Under the pieces are notes generated by a model. It saw only the letters and a program-made list of their open reading frames with translations. It did not search any database and was not told the DNA's origin. From positions 76,969 through 140,968 of the forward strand of contig JAZJZE010000004.1 in NCBI GenBank assembly GCA_040390065.1: a DNA stretch of 64,000 nt. Reading direction: 5' to 3'. The translations under genes were made by a program, and so were the position numbers. This DNA is from a bacterium (GTDB lineage: Archaea; Thermoplasmatota; E2; JACPAO01; JAHFTW01). Below, piece by piece: positions 1 through 8,876 of this stretch. Within the stretch, counting starts at the first letter, position 1, and each line of letters begins with the position of its first letter.

Positions 1-192
1 CTCGCCGGGCCACGGGGTCACGTGCCGCCATGCAGAGCGGTTGTCGTGCAGAAGGCCGATCGCGGCGACCATCTCACTGCATGTCACGTCGGCGCCCCAC
101 TCGGCCGCAAGGCTTCGGAAGGCGGCGTCGGTGACGTCGACCATCGGCGACAGGACCAGGGGCAAATGCAGGTCACGGCCCGCGATGCGCAC
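1..192 (-). CDS. dus: tRNA-dihydrouridine synthase (Dus) family, 5' part (runs off window)
   Basis: Manual translation from GTG at 192: VRIAGRDLHLPLVLSPMVDVTDAAFRSLAAEWGADVTCSEMV, matching the Dus N-terminal LAPM..VTD..FR...GA.....EMV motif. Not in the ORF track. Confidence 0.8.
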   Translation of the reverse strand, partial: MRIAGRDLHLPLVLSPMVDVTDAAFRSLAAEWGADVTCSEMVAAIGLLHDNRSAWRHVTPWPGE

Positions 193-234
193 GGGGCCAG
201 CCAGGACGGCCGCCCTTCTTGGCCTTACGCGCGG

Positions 235-594
235 CTACGCGTCGTGCTTCGTCGCCCAGTCGTCCAGGCGGTCGATGAGGGGGACCAGTTCCTTGCCCTT
301 CGCGGTGAGGCTGTACTCGACGCGGGGAGGTGTCTGGTTGTAGGCCTTGCGCAAGATGACGCCGGCTGCGTCCAGTTCGCCGAGGCGCTGGGTGAGGCTG
401 ACGGGGTTCACGGCAAGCGCGCGGCGGATGTCGTTGAAGCGCGCCGTGCCTTCGCGCTGCAGGTACCAGATGATGGTGAGGGCGTGCCGCTTGGACAGGA
501 GGTCGATGGCCGATTGGAAGGGGCAGCAGCTGTGCACCTCGGACGCCGTCGGCGGGACGAGGCGCTGGGTGGCTGGCCGCGGTTTCCTGGGCAA
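235..594 (-). CDS. HxlR-family winged-helix transcriptional regulator
   Basis: CPFQSAIDLL...RFNDI...LTQRL.EL...PPRVEYSLT.KG motif. Confidence 0.9.
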   Translation of the reverse strand: MPRKPRPATQRLVPPTASEVHSCCPFQSAIDLLSKRHALTIIWYLQREGTARFNDIRRALAVNPVSLTQRLGELDAAGVILRKAYNQTPPRVEYSLTAKGKELVPLIDRLDDWATKHDA

Positions 595-673
595 GGCAAA
601 CTGGTATAGTCAGTTAATCGGTATAAACTTTACACCCTTAATAGTCCAGAATCTTAACCATGCTTGAGTCCAC

Positions 674-922
674 ATGACCCGCTTCGTCCCCCACACCGAC
701 CGCTCGCCCCTTCGCGTCCTGAAATCCGAGACGCCGGGGGACGCCCTGTACCTCTGTCGGTGCGGCCTGTCCGGAAGCGGCGTCTTCTGCGATGGCAGCC
801 ACAAGGCGACCCTGGACGAGCAGCCGGGAACCGTGTACCATTACCAACGGGTGGACGGCAATCTCGTCCGCATCGCCGTCCCCGTCGCGCCGGTCGCGGC
901 GCCGATCGAGGTGAAGCCTTGA
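674..922 (+). CDS. CDGSH iron-sulfur domain protein
   Basis: CRCGLSGSGVFCDGSH. Confidence 0.9.
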   Translation: MTRFVPHTDRSPLRVLKSETPGDALYLCRCGLSGSGVFCDGSHKATLDEQPGTVYHYQRVDGNLVRIAVPVAPVAAPIEVKP

Positions 923-1197
923 GCGACTGCCACGACCTTGTGCGCGCCTACCACGTGCCGCCCTCCGTGCAGGAGGTCTTCTGCACGCTGTACCAGCATG
1001 ACCCGATGACGGGGCAGCAACTGCGGCAGACCACGGGCCTTCCGCGACGCACCGTGTACGAGGCACTTCGCCGCCTCAAGCAGATCGGCCTCTTGCGCGA
1101 ACGCGCAAGCCTCAAGGACACACGGCAGACCTACTTCTGGATCGCGGGCGAATCCCTCTCGCGCAACTCGGAAGAGCCCGTCTCCGCGGCCAACTAA
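919..1197 (+). CDS. Small winged-HTH protein (MarR/TrmB-like)
   Basis: TTG start overlapping the upstream stop; TGLPRRTVYEALRRL...DTRQTYF. Confidence 0.75.
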   Translation: MSDCHDLVRAYHVPPSVQEVFCTLYQHDPMTGQQLRQTTGLPRRTVYEALRRLKQIGLLRERASLKDTRQTYFWIAGESLSRNSEEPVSAAN

Positions 1198-2066
1198 GGC
1201 GCGTCCCAATGCACCGAGCGGCGCCAGTCGATGCCGACCGTTCGGGCGCCGATCTTGGGAATCAGTGGTAGCCGCCGTTTGTGCTCCGTCCGGCGCACCA
1301 TGCGCTCGACCTTCTCGACCGTCCCGGTCGACAGCCCGGTCTTGCGGGCGATGACCGGGAGGTCCAAGTTGAGCTCCATGCCACGAAGCACCGCGTCTAG
1401 GTCCTCGTAGGACAGGCCCATGTCCCCTTCGTCCGTCTGGCCAGGATACAATCCGGCGCTCGGCGGCTTGGCGACGATGGCATCGGGGACACCGAGGTGG
1501 CGCGCAAGGACGCGGACCTGCGTCTTGTAGAGGTCGCCGATGGGCTGCAAGTCGACGCCGCCGTCGCCGTGCTTCGTGAAGTAGCCAGTCAGAATCTCCG
1601 ACTTGTTGCCAGTGCCGCACACGAGGTCACCACGCGCCTGCGCCTCCGCGTACAGCAGGAGCATCCGGGCCCGGGCCTTGGCGTTGCCACGGATGCGCGC
1701 CTCCGGCTCCTTCCCCAATGATGCCACGAGGCCGTCCACGATGGGCCCGATGTCGTGCAGGACCGGTTCGATGCCGAAGGTCCTGCAGGCGAGACGGGCA
1801 TGCTCGGCGTCTTGGGCATGCGAGTCGGGCGCCGGCAGCATGATGGCGTGCACGTTGGCCTTTCCGACCGCGCGCACGGCCAAGGCCACGACGACCGCCG
1901 AATCGAGGCCTCCGGAGACGCCGACGACGAGGCCTTTGGCGCCTGCGGCGGCCACGTGGCGGCGCAGGAAGGCCGTGATGCTGGCCTCCCAGCCTTTGGC
2001 GTCGTCCGGGGCGGCATGGCCCAACAGGGCGGGCGGGACGGCCACGAAGCGGCCAAGTAGGGCCAT
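1194..2066 (-). CDS. nadE: NH3-dependent NAD+ synthetase
   Basis: SGGLDS PP-loop, GNAKARARM, GTGNKSE, GYFTKHGDG, LYKTQV, PPSAGL..GQTDE. Start reassigned to ATG 2066. Confidence 0.95.
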   Translation of the reverse strand: MALLGRFVAVPPALLGHAAPDDAKGWEASITAFLRRHVAAAGAKGLVVGVSGGLDSAVVVALAVRAVGKANVHAIMLPAPDSHAQDAEHARLACRTFGIEPVLHDIGPIVDGLVASLGKEPEARIRGNAKARARMLLLYAEAQARGDLVCGTGNKSEILTGYFTKHGDGGVDLQPIGDLYKTQVRVLARHLGVPDAIVAKPPSAGLYPGQTDEGDMGLSYEDLDAVLRGMELNLDLPVIARKTGLSTGTVEKVERMVRRTEHKRRLPLIPKIGARTVGIDWRRSVHWDAP

Positions 2067-2069
2067 CAC

Positions 2070-2888
2070 TTGAAGCCGTGCGTGGGAGCGACGCGCACCT
2101 TCAAGGCGGCCCTGCATGCCGCGTCGCCGCGCCTGGGCGATGTCGCTGGAAACGTCGAGACCGTGGCCAAGGCCGTCGTGCAAGACGGTGCCCAGTTGGT
2201 GGCGTTCCCGGAGATGTTCCTGACCGGCTACGCCATCGGCGACGATGCCCAGCGTCTGGCATTGCGGCTCGATGATGAGCGGCTCGAGCCGATTCTGAAA
2301 GCCTGCCGGAAGGCGAAGGCCCATTGCGTCGTCGGTGGCCCGCGCACGCCGCGGCCCGGTCTGACGCACAACTCGGCCTTCCTCATCACACCGGGCGGCG
2401 AGGTCACCGCGTACGACAAGCGCGCGCTGGCCACGTTCACGACGTTCCAGGAAGGCTTGCACTTCCAGCCCGGGCGCACGTCGCCGGTCTGGCAGACGGA
2501 GCTCGGCGCCATCGGCATCGGCATCTGCTATGACTTGTTCTTCCCGGAATTCTCGCGTCGGCAGGCGCTTGCCGGCGCAGACATCCTTCTGAACATAAGC
2601 GCAAGCCCGACCACGAGCCAGCGCTTCTTCGAAGCCATCCTGCCGGTGCGCGCGATCGAGAACGCGTGCTTCTCCCTGTACAGCAACGTCGTCGGCCCGC
2701 AAGATGGGGTCGTCTTCTGGGGTGGCGCCCAAGCCCACGGCCCCCGCGGCACAATGCTTGCCCGGTCCGAGCCCCTTCAGGAAGGCGTGGCGCACGCCGT
2801 GATTGACCTGGACGACCTGGCCCCGGCCCGCGAATTCCGGCCGACGCTGCGGGACGCACGCCTCGAGGACATCGCGGACCTGCCGTAG
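2070..2888 (+). CDS. Carbon-nitrogen hydrolase (nitrilase/amidase family)
   Basis: Catalytic triad motifs FPE, YDK, ICYD; RAIEN. Start uncertain (2070/2082). Confidence 0.9.
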   Translation: MKPCVGATRTFKAALHAASPRLGDVAGNVETVAKAVVQDGAQLVAFPEMFLTGYAIGDDAQRLALRLDDERLEPILKACRKAKAHCVVGGPRTPRPGLTHNSAFLITPGGEVTAYDKRALATFTTFQEGLHFQPGRTSPVWQTELGAIGIGICYDLFFPEFSRRQALAGADILLNISASPTTSQRFFEAILPVRAIENACFSLYSNVVGPQDGVVFWGGAQAHGPRGTMLARSEPLQEGVAHAVIDLDDLAPAREFRPTLRDARLEDIADLP

Positions 2889-3608
2889 ATGCGCGTCATT
2901 GCATTGCTCTCCGGGGGAAAGGATTCCGTCTGCGCGGTTGAGACAGCGCGTGGCTTCGGCTGGGACGTCGTGGCGGGTCTCACGATGGTACCCGTCTCGG
3001 ACGATGCGTGGATGTTCCACACGCCGAACCTACACGTGGTGCGCGGTGTTGCCCAATGTCTTGGCCTCCCGCTCGTCGAATGCCCCGTCGCGGAAGGCCC
3101 TGACGAGGAGGTGCGCGGACTCGAACAGGCCCTGGCCAGTGCCAAGCGGTCCTTCAACCTCGACGGCCTCGTGTCGGGGGCACTTGCATCCGAGTACCAA
3201 CGCACGCGGTTGGATGCCATTGGCCATCGTATCGGCCTGGCGTCGTTCGCACCGCTCTGGCACAAGGCGCCCCTCCCCTACGTCGAGGGCTTGATCGCGG
3301 CAGGATACGACATGCGCTTCAGTCGTGTCGCCGCCGACGGCGTGCCCAACGAGTGGGCCGGGCAACGACTCGATGCCGGCAAGCTTCGCGCTCTCGCGGC
3401 GAGCCCCGGCAGGCCGCACGTGGCCGGCGAGGGCGGTGAATACGAGACGCTCGTCATGGACGCCCCATGCTATGCCCGTCGCCTCGTGGTAGACGCAGCC
3501 ACGGTCGAGGCGGCGGCAAGTCGCGCGACCTGGCTTGTCACGTCGTGGCACACCGAAGCGAAGGGCGGGCAGGCGGGACCGGCGCGTCAGCCGGCCAAGG
3601 CCGTCTGA
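2889..3608 (+). CDS. dph6: Diphthine--ammonia ligase (diphthamide synthase)
   Basis: LSGGKDS, MFHTPN, SGALASEYQ, PLW, GEGGEYET. Confidence 0.9.
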   Translation: MRVIALLSGGKDSVCAVETARGFGWDVVAGLTMVPVSDDAWMFHTPNLHVVRGVAQCLGLPLVECPVAEGPDEEVRGLEQALASAKRSFNLDGLVSGALASEYQRTRLDAIGHRIGLASFAPLWHKAPLPYVEGLIAAGYDMRFSRVAADGVPNEWAGQRLDAGKLRALAASPGRPHVAGEGGEYETLVMDAPCYARRLVVDAATVEAAASRATWLVTSWHTEAKGGQAGPARQPAKAV

Positions 3609-4000
3609 ACGAGGCCGATCAGGGCTTCTGGTTCGAAGGGCTTCTGGACGATTCGTTCGTGCGATGCGCTGGCGCCCAATTCGCGCACAAGTTCGCGGTC
3701 GAACGCCGTGACGATGATGTGCGGAATGCCCGGGTTCTGTTGGCTGACACGCTGCAGGAACTCGACGCCGTTCATGCCAGGCATGCGGTAGTCGGTGAGG
3801 ATGAGGTCGATGGCCTGGTTCTGCAGAACCTTCAGGCCTTGAGGGCCGGACGCGGCGCTGTACACGTGCGCCTTGTCGACGAACGTCTCCAAAAGCGACT
3901 GGATGGCCTCGCAGATGTCCGGCTCGTCGTCCACGACCAAGATGCTGCGCGCGCCACCCCTGCCCGCTGCCATGGCCTGGAGGAGGAGGTGCAAGGACAT
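3587..4000 (-). CDS. Stand-alone response regulator receiver
   Basis: VVDD, TDYRMPGMNG, TA, KPF. Confidence 0.9.
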   Translation of the reverse strand: MSLHLLLQAMAAGRGGARSILVVDDEPDICEAIQSLLETFVDKAHVYSAASGPQGLKVLQNQAIDLILTDYRMPGMNGVEFLQRVSQQNPGIPHIIVTAFDRELVRELGASASHERIVQKPFEPEALIGLVQTALAG

Positions 4001-4030
4001 ACGGCTCAGAGTGTCACCCCGGGTCCTGGT

Positions 4031-4462
4031 CTAAAGCGTTGAGGGTCGGGCCGTTGTAGCCACATCGCGGAGGACAACGCCGGAGAGCGCCTCCTCGACG
4101 TCGCGCAGCAAGCCCTCCGGACCGAACGGTTTTTGCAAAAGCAGCGTGCCAGGCAGGACGTCCGCCAATTCCGCCATCGCTTCGTCGAAGAAAGCGGTGA
4201 CCATGATGTGCTGCACGCCCGGCCATCGCCGTTGCGCCACGGCGAGGAACTGCACGCCATTCATGCCTTGCATGCGGAAATCCGTGACGATCAAGTCCAC
4301 GTGCGCCGTGTTCATGAGCGCCAGCGCCTCAGGCCCCGAGGCGGCCAAGAGGACCCGGATGTCCGCCATCTCCTCGGCCAGGAGTCCGCCAATCGCTTCC
4401 CGTACGTCCTCGTCGTCGTCCACGACCAGGATCGTGCGACGTTTTCGGTGGCTTCGACTCAT
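4031..4462 (-). CDS. Stand-alone response regulator receiver
   Basis: VVDDD, TDFRMQGMNG, TA, KPF. Confidence 0.9.
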   Translation of the reverse strand: MSRSHRKRRTILVVDDDEDVREAIGGLLAEEMADIRVLLAASGPEALALMNTAHVDLIVTDFRMQGMNGVQFLAVAQRRWPGVQHIMVTAFFDEAMAELADVLPGTLLLQKPFGPEGLLRDVEEALSGVVLRDVATTARPSTL

Positions 4463-4602
4463 CTCATGCCCTGCCTGCTTGCAGGATTAGAAGCCAGGGT
4501 CCACTAAAGGCTTCAGGAAGTGCCATTGCTTGCCGCGACCGAAGATTGGCGATGCGGCCACCTTGGCCCTTAAGATGGGCAGGCCCTCATGGCCGAAGGA
4601 CA

Positions 4603-4839
4603 ATGGTGGCCCCTACCCTGTACCAGTTCGCCGAGTGCCACGAGTGCGGCGCCGTCCGCCGCCTGCTGCGCCAGTACGGCGTCGCCTTCGAAGCAGTGAC
4701 CTTGCCGGCGGGCGACAAGTCGCTGGTGCGGGCCAAGTTTGCCAGCCAATCCGTACCGGTCCTGGTGCACGGCCCCTTCCGCAGCAACGACCTTGGCGAA
4801 ATCCTGCGCCACGTCGAGGCCACGTACGGCGCCCGTTAG
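4603..4839 (+). CDS. Glutaredoxin-like protein
   Basis: CHEC (CxxC) and SVPVL motif. Confidence 0.75.
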   Translation: MVAPTLYQFAECHECGAVRRLLRQYGVAFEAVTLPAGDKSLVRAKFASQSVPVLVHGPFRSNDLGEILRHVEATYGAR

Positions 4840-5780
4840 GCCGGTCGCAGGACGACGCGGTCCACCATCAAGGCGATGAGCAGGACACCCAAGTACTGGA
4901 TCGTGAAGAAGAAGAAGCTGCGGTACGCTTGTGGCGTGTGCCGCCGCAGCATCTTGACGGAGCGCAGGACGAGGACCGCGCCCAGGATGACGGCAACACC
5001 GAGGTAGAGCCAGCCGGCGGCGCGCAGGCCCGGCCCCCCTACGCCGGGGACGGCCAGGACGAGGGACCCGAGAAGTGTCAATGCGCTGTAGACGACGATC
5101 TGTCGGCGGGTCGAGGGTTCGCCGCGCACGTTTGGCATCATCGGGTAATCGGCGGCCCCGTAGTCGTCCTTGTACAGCAGGGCAAGCGCCCAGAAGTGGG
5201 CGGGTGTCCAAAGGAAGACGAGCAGGGCCAGCACCAGGGCCGGCGCCACGGCGGGCCACGCGAGGCTGTTGGTCGCCGCGGTCCAGCCAATCACGGCCGG
5301 GAACGAACCGGCCAGGCCACCAATCACGATGTTCTGTGGTGTCGTCGGCTTCAGGAGGACCGTGTAGATGACGACGTAGTAGGCGATGGCACCCACCGTG
5401 AATGCCGCGGCGAGCCAGAGCTGCAGGACCGCAAGGCAGGCAAACGACAACGCGGCCATGACGGCGGCGTACGTGACGGCATGGCGCACCGACAGCCGGC
5501 CGGACGCCACGGGGCGCGTGCTCGTGCGCTTCATGCGCGCATCGCGGTGGCGCTCCACGACGTTGTTGAGGGCCCCCGACGAGGCGACGCTGAAGGTGCC
5601 GGCGAGGGTCACGGCGACAAACGGCTTCCAGGCGGGCCAGCCTGCGTACGCAACGAACATTGCGGCCCACGCGACGATGAGGAGGAGGAGCAGGATGCGG
5701 GGCTTCGAAATCTGGACATAATCCGCGACGACGGAACGCATGGCCCGCGCTGGCGCCGCGACGGGTCCCTCAACGCCCAT
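4836..5780 (-). CDS. ctaB: Heme O synthase (protoheme IX farnesyltransferase)
   Basis: KPRI, D..MKRT..RP, IGGLAG, FLWTPAHFWAL, DDY. Confidence 0.95.
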   Translation of the reverse strand: MGVEGPVAAPARAMRSVVADYVQISKPRILLLLLIVAWAAMFVAYAGWPAWKPFVAVTLAGTFSVASSGALNNVVERHRDARMKRTSTRPVASGRLSVRHAVTYAAVMAALSFACLAVLQLWLAAAFTVGAIAYYVVIYTVLLKPTTPQNIVIGGLAGSFPAVIGWTAATNSLAWPAVAPALVLALLVFLWTPAHFWALALLYKDDYGAADYPMMPNVRGEPSTRRQIVVYSALTLLGSLVLAVPGVGGPGLRAAGWLYLGVAVILGAVLVLRSVKMLRRHTPQAYRSFFFFTIQYLGVLLIALMVDRVVLRPA

Positions 5781-6429
5781 GGGGTTCCTCGGGCTGGCCT
5801 TCGCCAGGGAAGGGCCCGGCCGGCTCTGGATTGGGTGCGGCCGCGTCGCCAGCTTGCGGATATGTGAAGCCTCGGCTCGCCGAGTGCACGGAGGGCGTGA
5901 AGCGGTACTCGACCTTGCGGCGCACCGGTGCGGGCGGCTTCAGGTAGGCGTAGCACGTGGCCACGGTGAGCGTGACGAGAAGCAGCGTCGCGTTCAGGAG
6001 GTGCCACGTCGTCGCCCACGGCGGGTTGGCGGGCCGCACGAGGACGGTGATGGCGCCGAGCACCGCTTGGAACAGATACAGTCCCAGGGCGACGGCGGGC
6101 AGGACACGCATCGGCGTGGAGAAGTTGCGGCTCGCGGCGGCGACGATGGCAAACGCAAGGATGGGGATGAAGGCCACGCTGACGACGGCGCGGTGGGCCC
6201 ACTCGTACAGTTCCTGCGATTCCGTGAAGGCGATGGGGTTGCCGTTGTACGTGTCGCCGTTGTTCGCTGATGGGAAGGGCGGAAGCCACTTGCCGTAGCA
6301 GGCTGGCCAGTCCGGGCAGGCGGCGCCGGCGCCGTTGGCCTTCACCCAGGCGCCCAGGGTCATGAGGAGCACGACGAGGAGGACGCTCGCCAAGCCAAGT
6401 CGGCGCACCCACGTCACCCGGCGGTCCAT
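5770..6429 (-). CDS. ctaA: Heme A synthase, short (4-TM) archaeal type
   Basis: GAACPDWPACYG, EWAHR, H-containing last helix; about 220 aa; adjacent to ctaB. Confidence 0.85.
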   Translation of the reverse strand: MDRRVTWVRRLGLASVLLVVLLMTLGAWVKANGAGAACPDWPACYGKWLPPFPSANNGDTYNGNPIAFTESQELYEWAHRAVVSVAFIPILAFAIVAAASRNFSTPMRVLPAVALGLYLFQAVLGAITVLVRPANPPWATTWHLLNATLLLVTLTVATCYAYLKPPAPVRRKVEYRFTPSVHSASRGFTYPQAGDAAAPNPEPAGPFPGEGQPEEPHGR

Positions 6430-6482
6430 GGTTCCGGGACGCAGGATGGCTTCGATATGAAACTTGGGGAGCGGCGCTTGCC

Positions 6483-7490
6483 CTACGGTTGGCGCTGGAA
6501 CGTCTGGTTCATGGCGGTCTCTGCGATGTCGACGGCGTAGCCGCGCGTGCGGTCGATGGAGTCCGCGATGAGTGTCAGTGACCCGACGAGGTCCGGGTGC
6601 ATCTGGCCAAGCAGGCTTGGGAACTTGGCACGCCATGCGGCGGCGGCCTCGCCCGCGTCGGCGGCACGGCTTGCTTGGTCGAAGTCGGGCTTCTTGAGCG
6701 AGGCGAAGGCGTCCTCCCAGATGCCGCGCACGACGTCGGCTTGGGCGACGAGCGCCTCGAGGACGGGCTTTGGCGCTGCGCCCTTCCCCATGGCCAGCAG
6801 GTTGTTCGCAATCTTCGTCGCGTGATCGCCCATGCGTTCGACGCTGCGGGCGGCGAGGAAGAGATTCAGCGCTTCGGCCGGCCGTACGTTGAGGTTGGCG
6901 GCCAGGCGGGGCTGTTCGAGGAGTGCGTGCATCTGCTTGGAGACCATCCAGAGCAGTCTGTCGAGTTCGTCGTCGCGCTCCACGACGCTGCGGGCGGTGG
7001 CGGCGTCGCCGGCCTTGAGTGCGCCCACGGCGTCGTCGTACATGAGGCGGGCGATGCGGTGCATGCGCGTCAGCGTCTTGCGCAGGTCCATGTCGCTGAC
7101 ACCGACCAGGTCGTGCAGGGTGAGGCTTCCCGCGGATTCTTCGAGGATCTCCATGCCGATGAGCGCCCGGGTGACGTTGCGAACCTGCGTCTTGGTCTTG
7201 GCGTCCATCTTGGGGCCGGTCTTGACGACGATTTCCTGCGCGCCGGCGAGGTAGGCCCCGACGAGGCGGCGCACGACGTCTTCGGGTGGCCCGCCCGGGG
7301 CGAGGTCGACGGCGATGGAGCGGCCGGCGGCTTTCGCTTCGCCGTGCGGAATCAGGAGGAGCGAGCCATCGGGTTCTTCGTGGATGGCGATGGGGTCGCT
7401 GCGGCCCAGGCGGTTGCGGTCAATCCACTTCTTGGGGAGGCTGACGACGTGCGTCGACCCGCCAGTGACCTGGATTTTCCGTAGTTCCAT
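6483..7490 (-). CDS. Archaeal phosphate uptake regulator (AbrB + PhoU domains)
   Basis: RKIQVTGGST.VVSLPK.W N-terminus; ERDDELDR and ERMGDH PhoU motifs. Confidence 0.9.
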   Translation of the reverse strand: MELRKIQVTGGSTHVVSLPKKWIDRNRLGRSDPIAIHEEPDGSLLLIPHGEAKAAGRSIAVDLAPGGPPEDVVRRLVGAYLAGAQEIVVKTGPKMDAKTKTQVRNVTRALIGMEILEESAGSLTLHDLVGVSDMDLRKTLTRMHRIARLMYDDAVGALKAGDAATARSVVERDDELDRLLWMVSKQMHALLEQPRLAANLNVRPAEALNLFLAARSVERMGDHATKIANNLLAMGKGAAPKPVLEALVAQADVVRGIWEDAFASLKKPDFDQASRAADAGEAAAAWRAKFPSLLGQMHPDLVGSLTLIADSIDRTRGYAVDIAETAMNQTFQRQP

Positions 7491-7605
7491 GAGGTCTCAT
7501 TCTCCTGAGGGGGAAAGAGGATTGGAACAGTGTCTATATAGAATATAGTGATGCTGGGGGCTTCGAAGAAGAGGAGGGGAGAAGGGGAAAGGGAACGGGG
7601 CCGCC

Positions 7606-8802
7606 CTAGACCGTAATCATCGACAAGGCCCGGTCGCCGATGGCCACAACCTTCGCCGGCAACGGCGCGTAGCCGAGAGCCTGCGGGTAGTCGACCTGGC
7701 CGTCGTGCAGGTCCCAGTACAGCCAAGCCTTGAGGCCGTTCAGCTGGTCCGCCGTCGCCTTGCCGCCGTAGGAGGCGAGGCTGCTGTAGACCAAGATGTA
7801 GCTGAAGCTCGAGATTGGGTAGGCGCCGTCTGCCGGCGAGTTCACGATGCTGACCGCCGACCAGTCGCCGTCGGGCGCCGGAAGGGAGTCCGCCGCAGCC
7901 TCGGCGGCCTTGGACGCGCCCTCGGCCGTGGGCCCGACCCACTGGCCCTTGCTGTTCTGCAGCGTCGCGGCCTTGAGGCTCAGCTTCTGCACGTAGGCGA
8001 GGTCCACGTAGCCGATGCTGTTGCTCGTGGACTTGACGGTCGAGCCGACGCCGTCGTTGCCGGCCTGGCCGCCGACTTGGTAGGCCGTGCTCTTTCCGGT
8101 CCAGTCCGGTTTGGACGAGGCCGACGGGCTCACCTTGTTGGCAAACGCCGGCGACATCTTCGCCAAGGCGTCCGTGAAGGCGAAGGTCGTGCCGCTCGAG
8201 TCGCTGCGGTAGACGATGCCGATCGTCGCCGACGGCAGAAGCGATGCCACATCGGGGTTGAGGGTCTTGATCGCGTTGTCATCCCACTTGCCGATGTTGC
8301 CGGCGAAGATTTGGCCCACGACGTCGACTGTGAGGTGGACCCCGTTGGGCAGGCCGTCCACGTTGTAGACGACGGCCACCGGACCAATCGTGTCCGGGAA
8401 GTGCAGGATGCCCGGCGCGTTGGCCTTCTCCGTCGCGCTCATCGGGGCATCGCTACCTGCGAACTGCACGAGCTTGGCCGTGATGTCGGCGCGACCCTTG
8501 CCGGAGCCGCCGCCGTTGTAGCCGACTTGGACGGACGAGTGCTCCTGGTTGAAGCCGATGGCCCAAGCGTCGATGATGGGCTTGGGGAATGTGGCGCCCG
8601 AGCCGGTGATCGAGGTCTGGCTCGACGGGATCGGGTACGGGTTGGTGCTTGGCGCGGGCGGCGGAGGCGGCGGCGCGACCGGCGTGTTCGGGTGCGTCGT
8701 CGTCTCGGATGGCGTCGTGCTGGAGGTAGTGGTTGTGCCAGAGCAGCCGGCCAGCAGGAGGCCGGCGATGGCAAGCAGGGCGATGAGGTGGTTGGTCTTC
8801 AT
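7606..8802 (-). CDS. pstS: Phosphate ABC transporter substrate-binding lipoprotein
   Basis: LLAGC lipobox, GSGATF, GSGKG, FAGSD, RSDSSGTT. Confidence 0.95.
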   Translation of the reverse strand: MKTNHLIALLAIAGLLLAGCSGTTTTSSTTPSETTTHPNTPVAPPPPPPAPSTNPYPIPSSQTSITGSGATFPKPIIDAWAIGFNQEHSSVQVGYNGGGSGKGRADITAKLVQFAGSDAPMSATEKANAPGILHFPDTIGPVAVVYNVDGLPNGVHLTVDVVGQIFAGNIGKWDDNAIKTLNPDVASLLPSATIGIVYRSDSSGTTFAFTDALAKMSPAFANKVSPSASSKPDWTGKSTAYQVGGQAGNDGVGSTVKSTSNSIGYVDLAYVQKLSLKAATLQNSKGQWVGPTAEGASKAAEAAADSLPAPDGDWSAVSIVNSPADGAYPISSFSYILVYSSLASYGGKATADQLNGLKAWLYWDLHDGQVDYPQALGYAPLPAKVVAIGDRALSMITV

Positions 8803-8876
8803 GGGTTTCCTCGGGTGCGATTTGGGCTTCGATTCATTTCATGGCGACGCGTGTAGACTCTGGTTTCTCTATAGTC

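Noticed and set aside
1194-3020. 608-aa ORF that could be read as a fused glutamine-dependent NadE
   Set aside because: The N-terminal 318 codons are the antisense shadow of the CN-hydrolase and dph6; NadE motifs start only after 2066.
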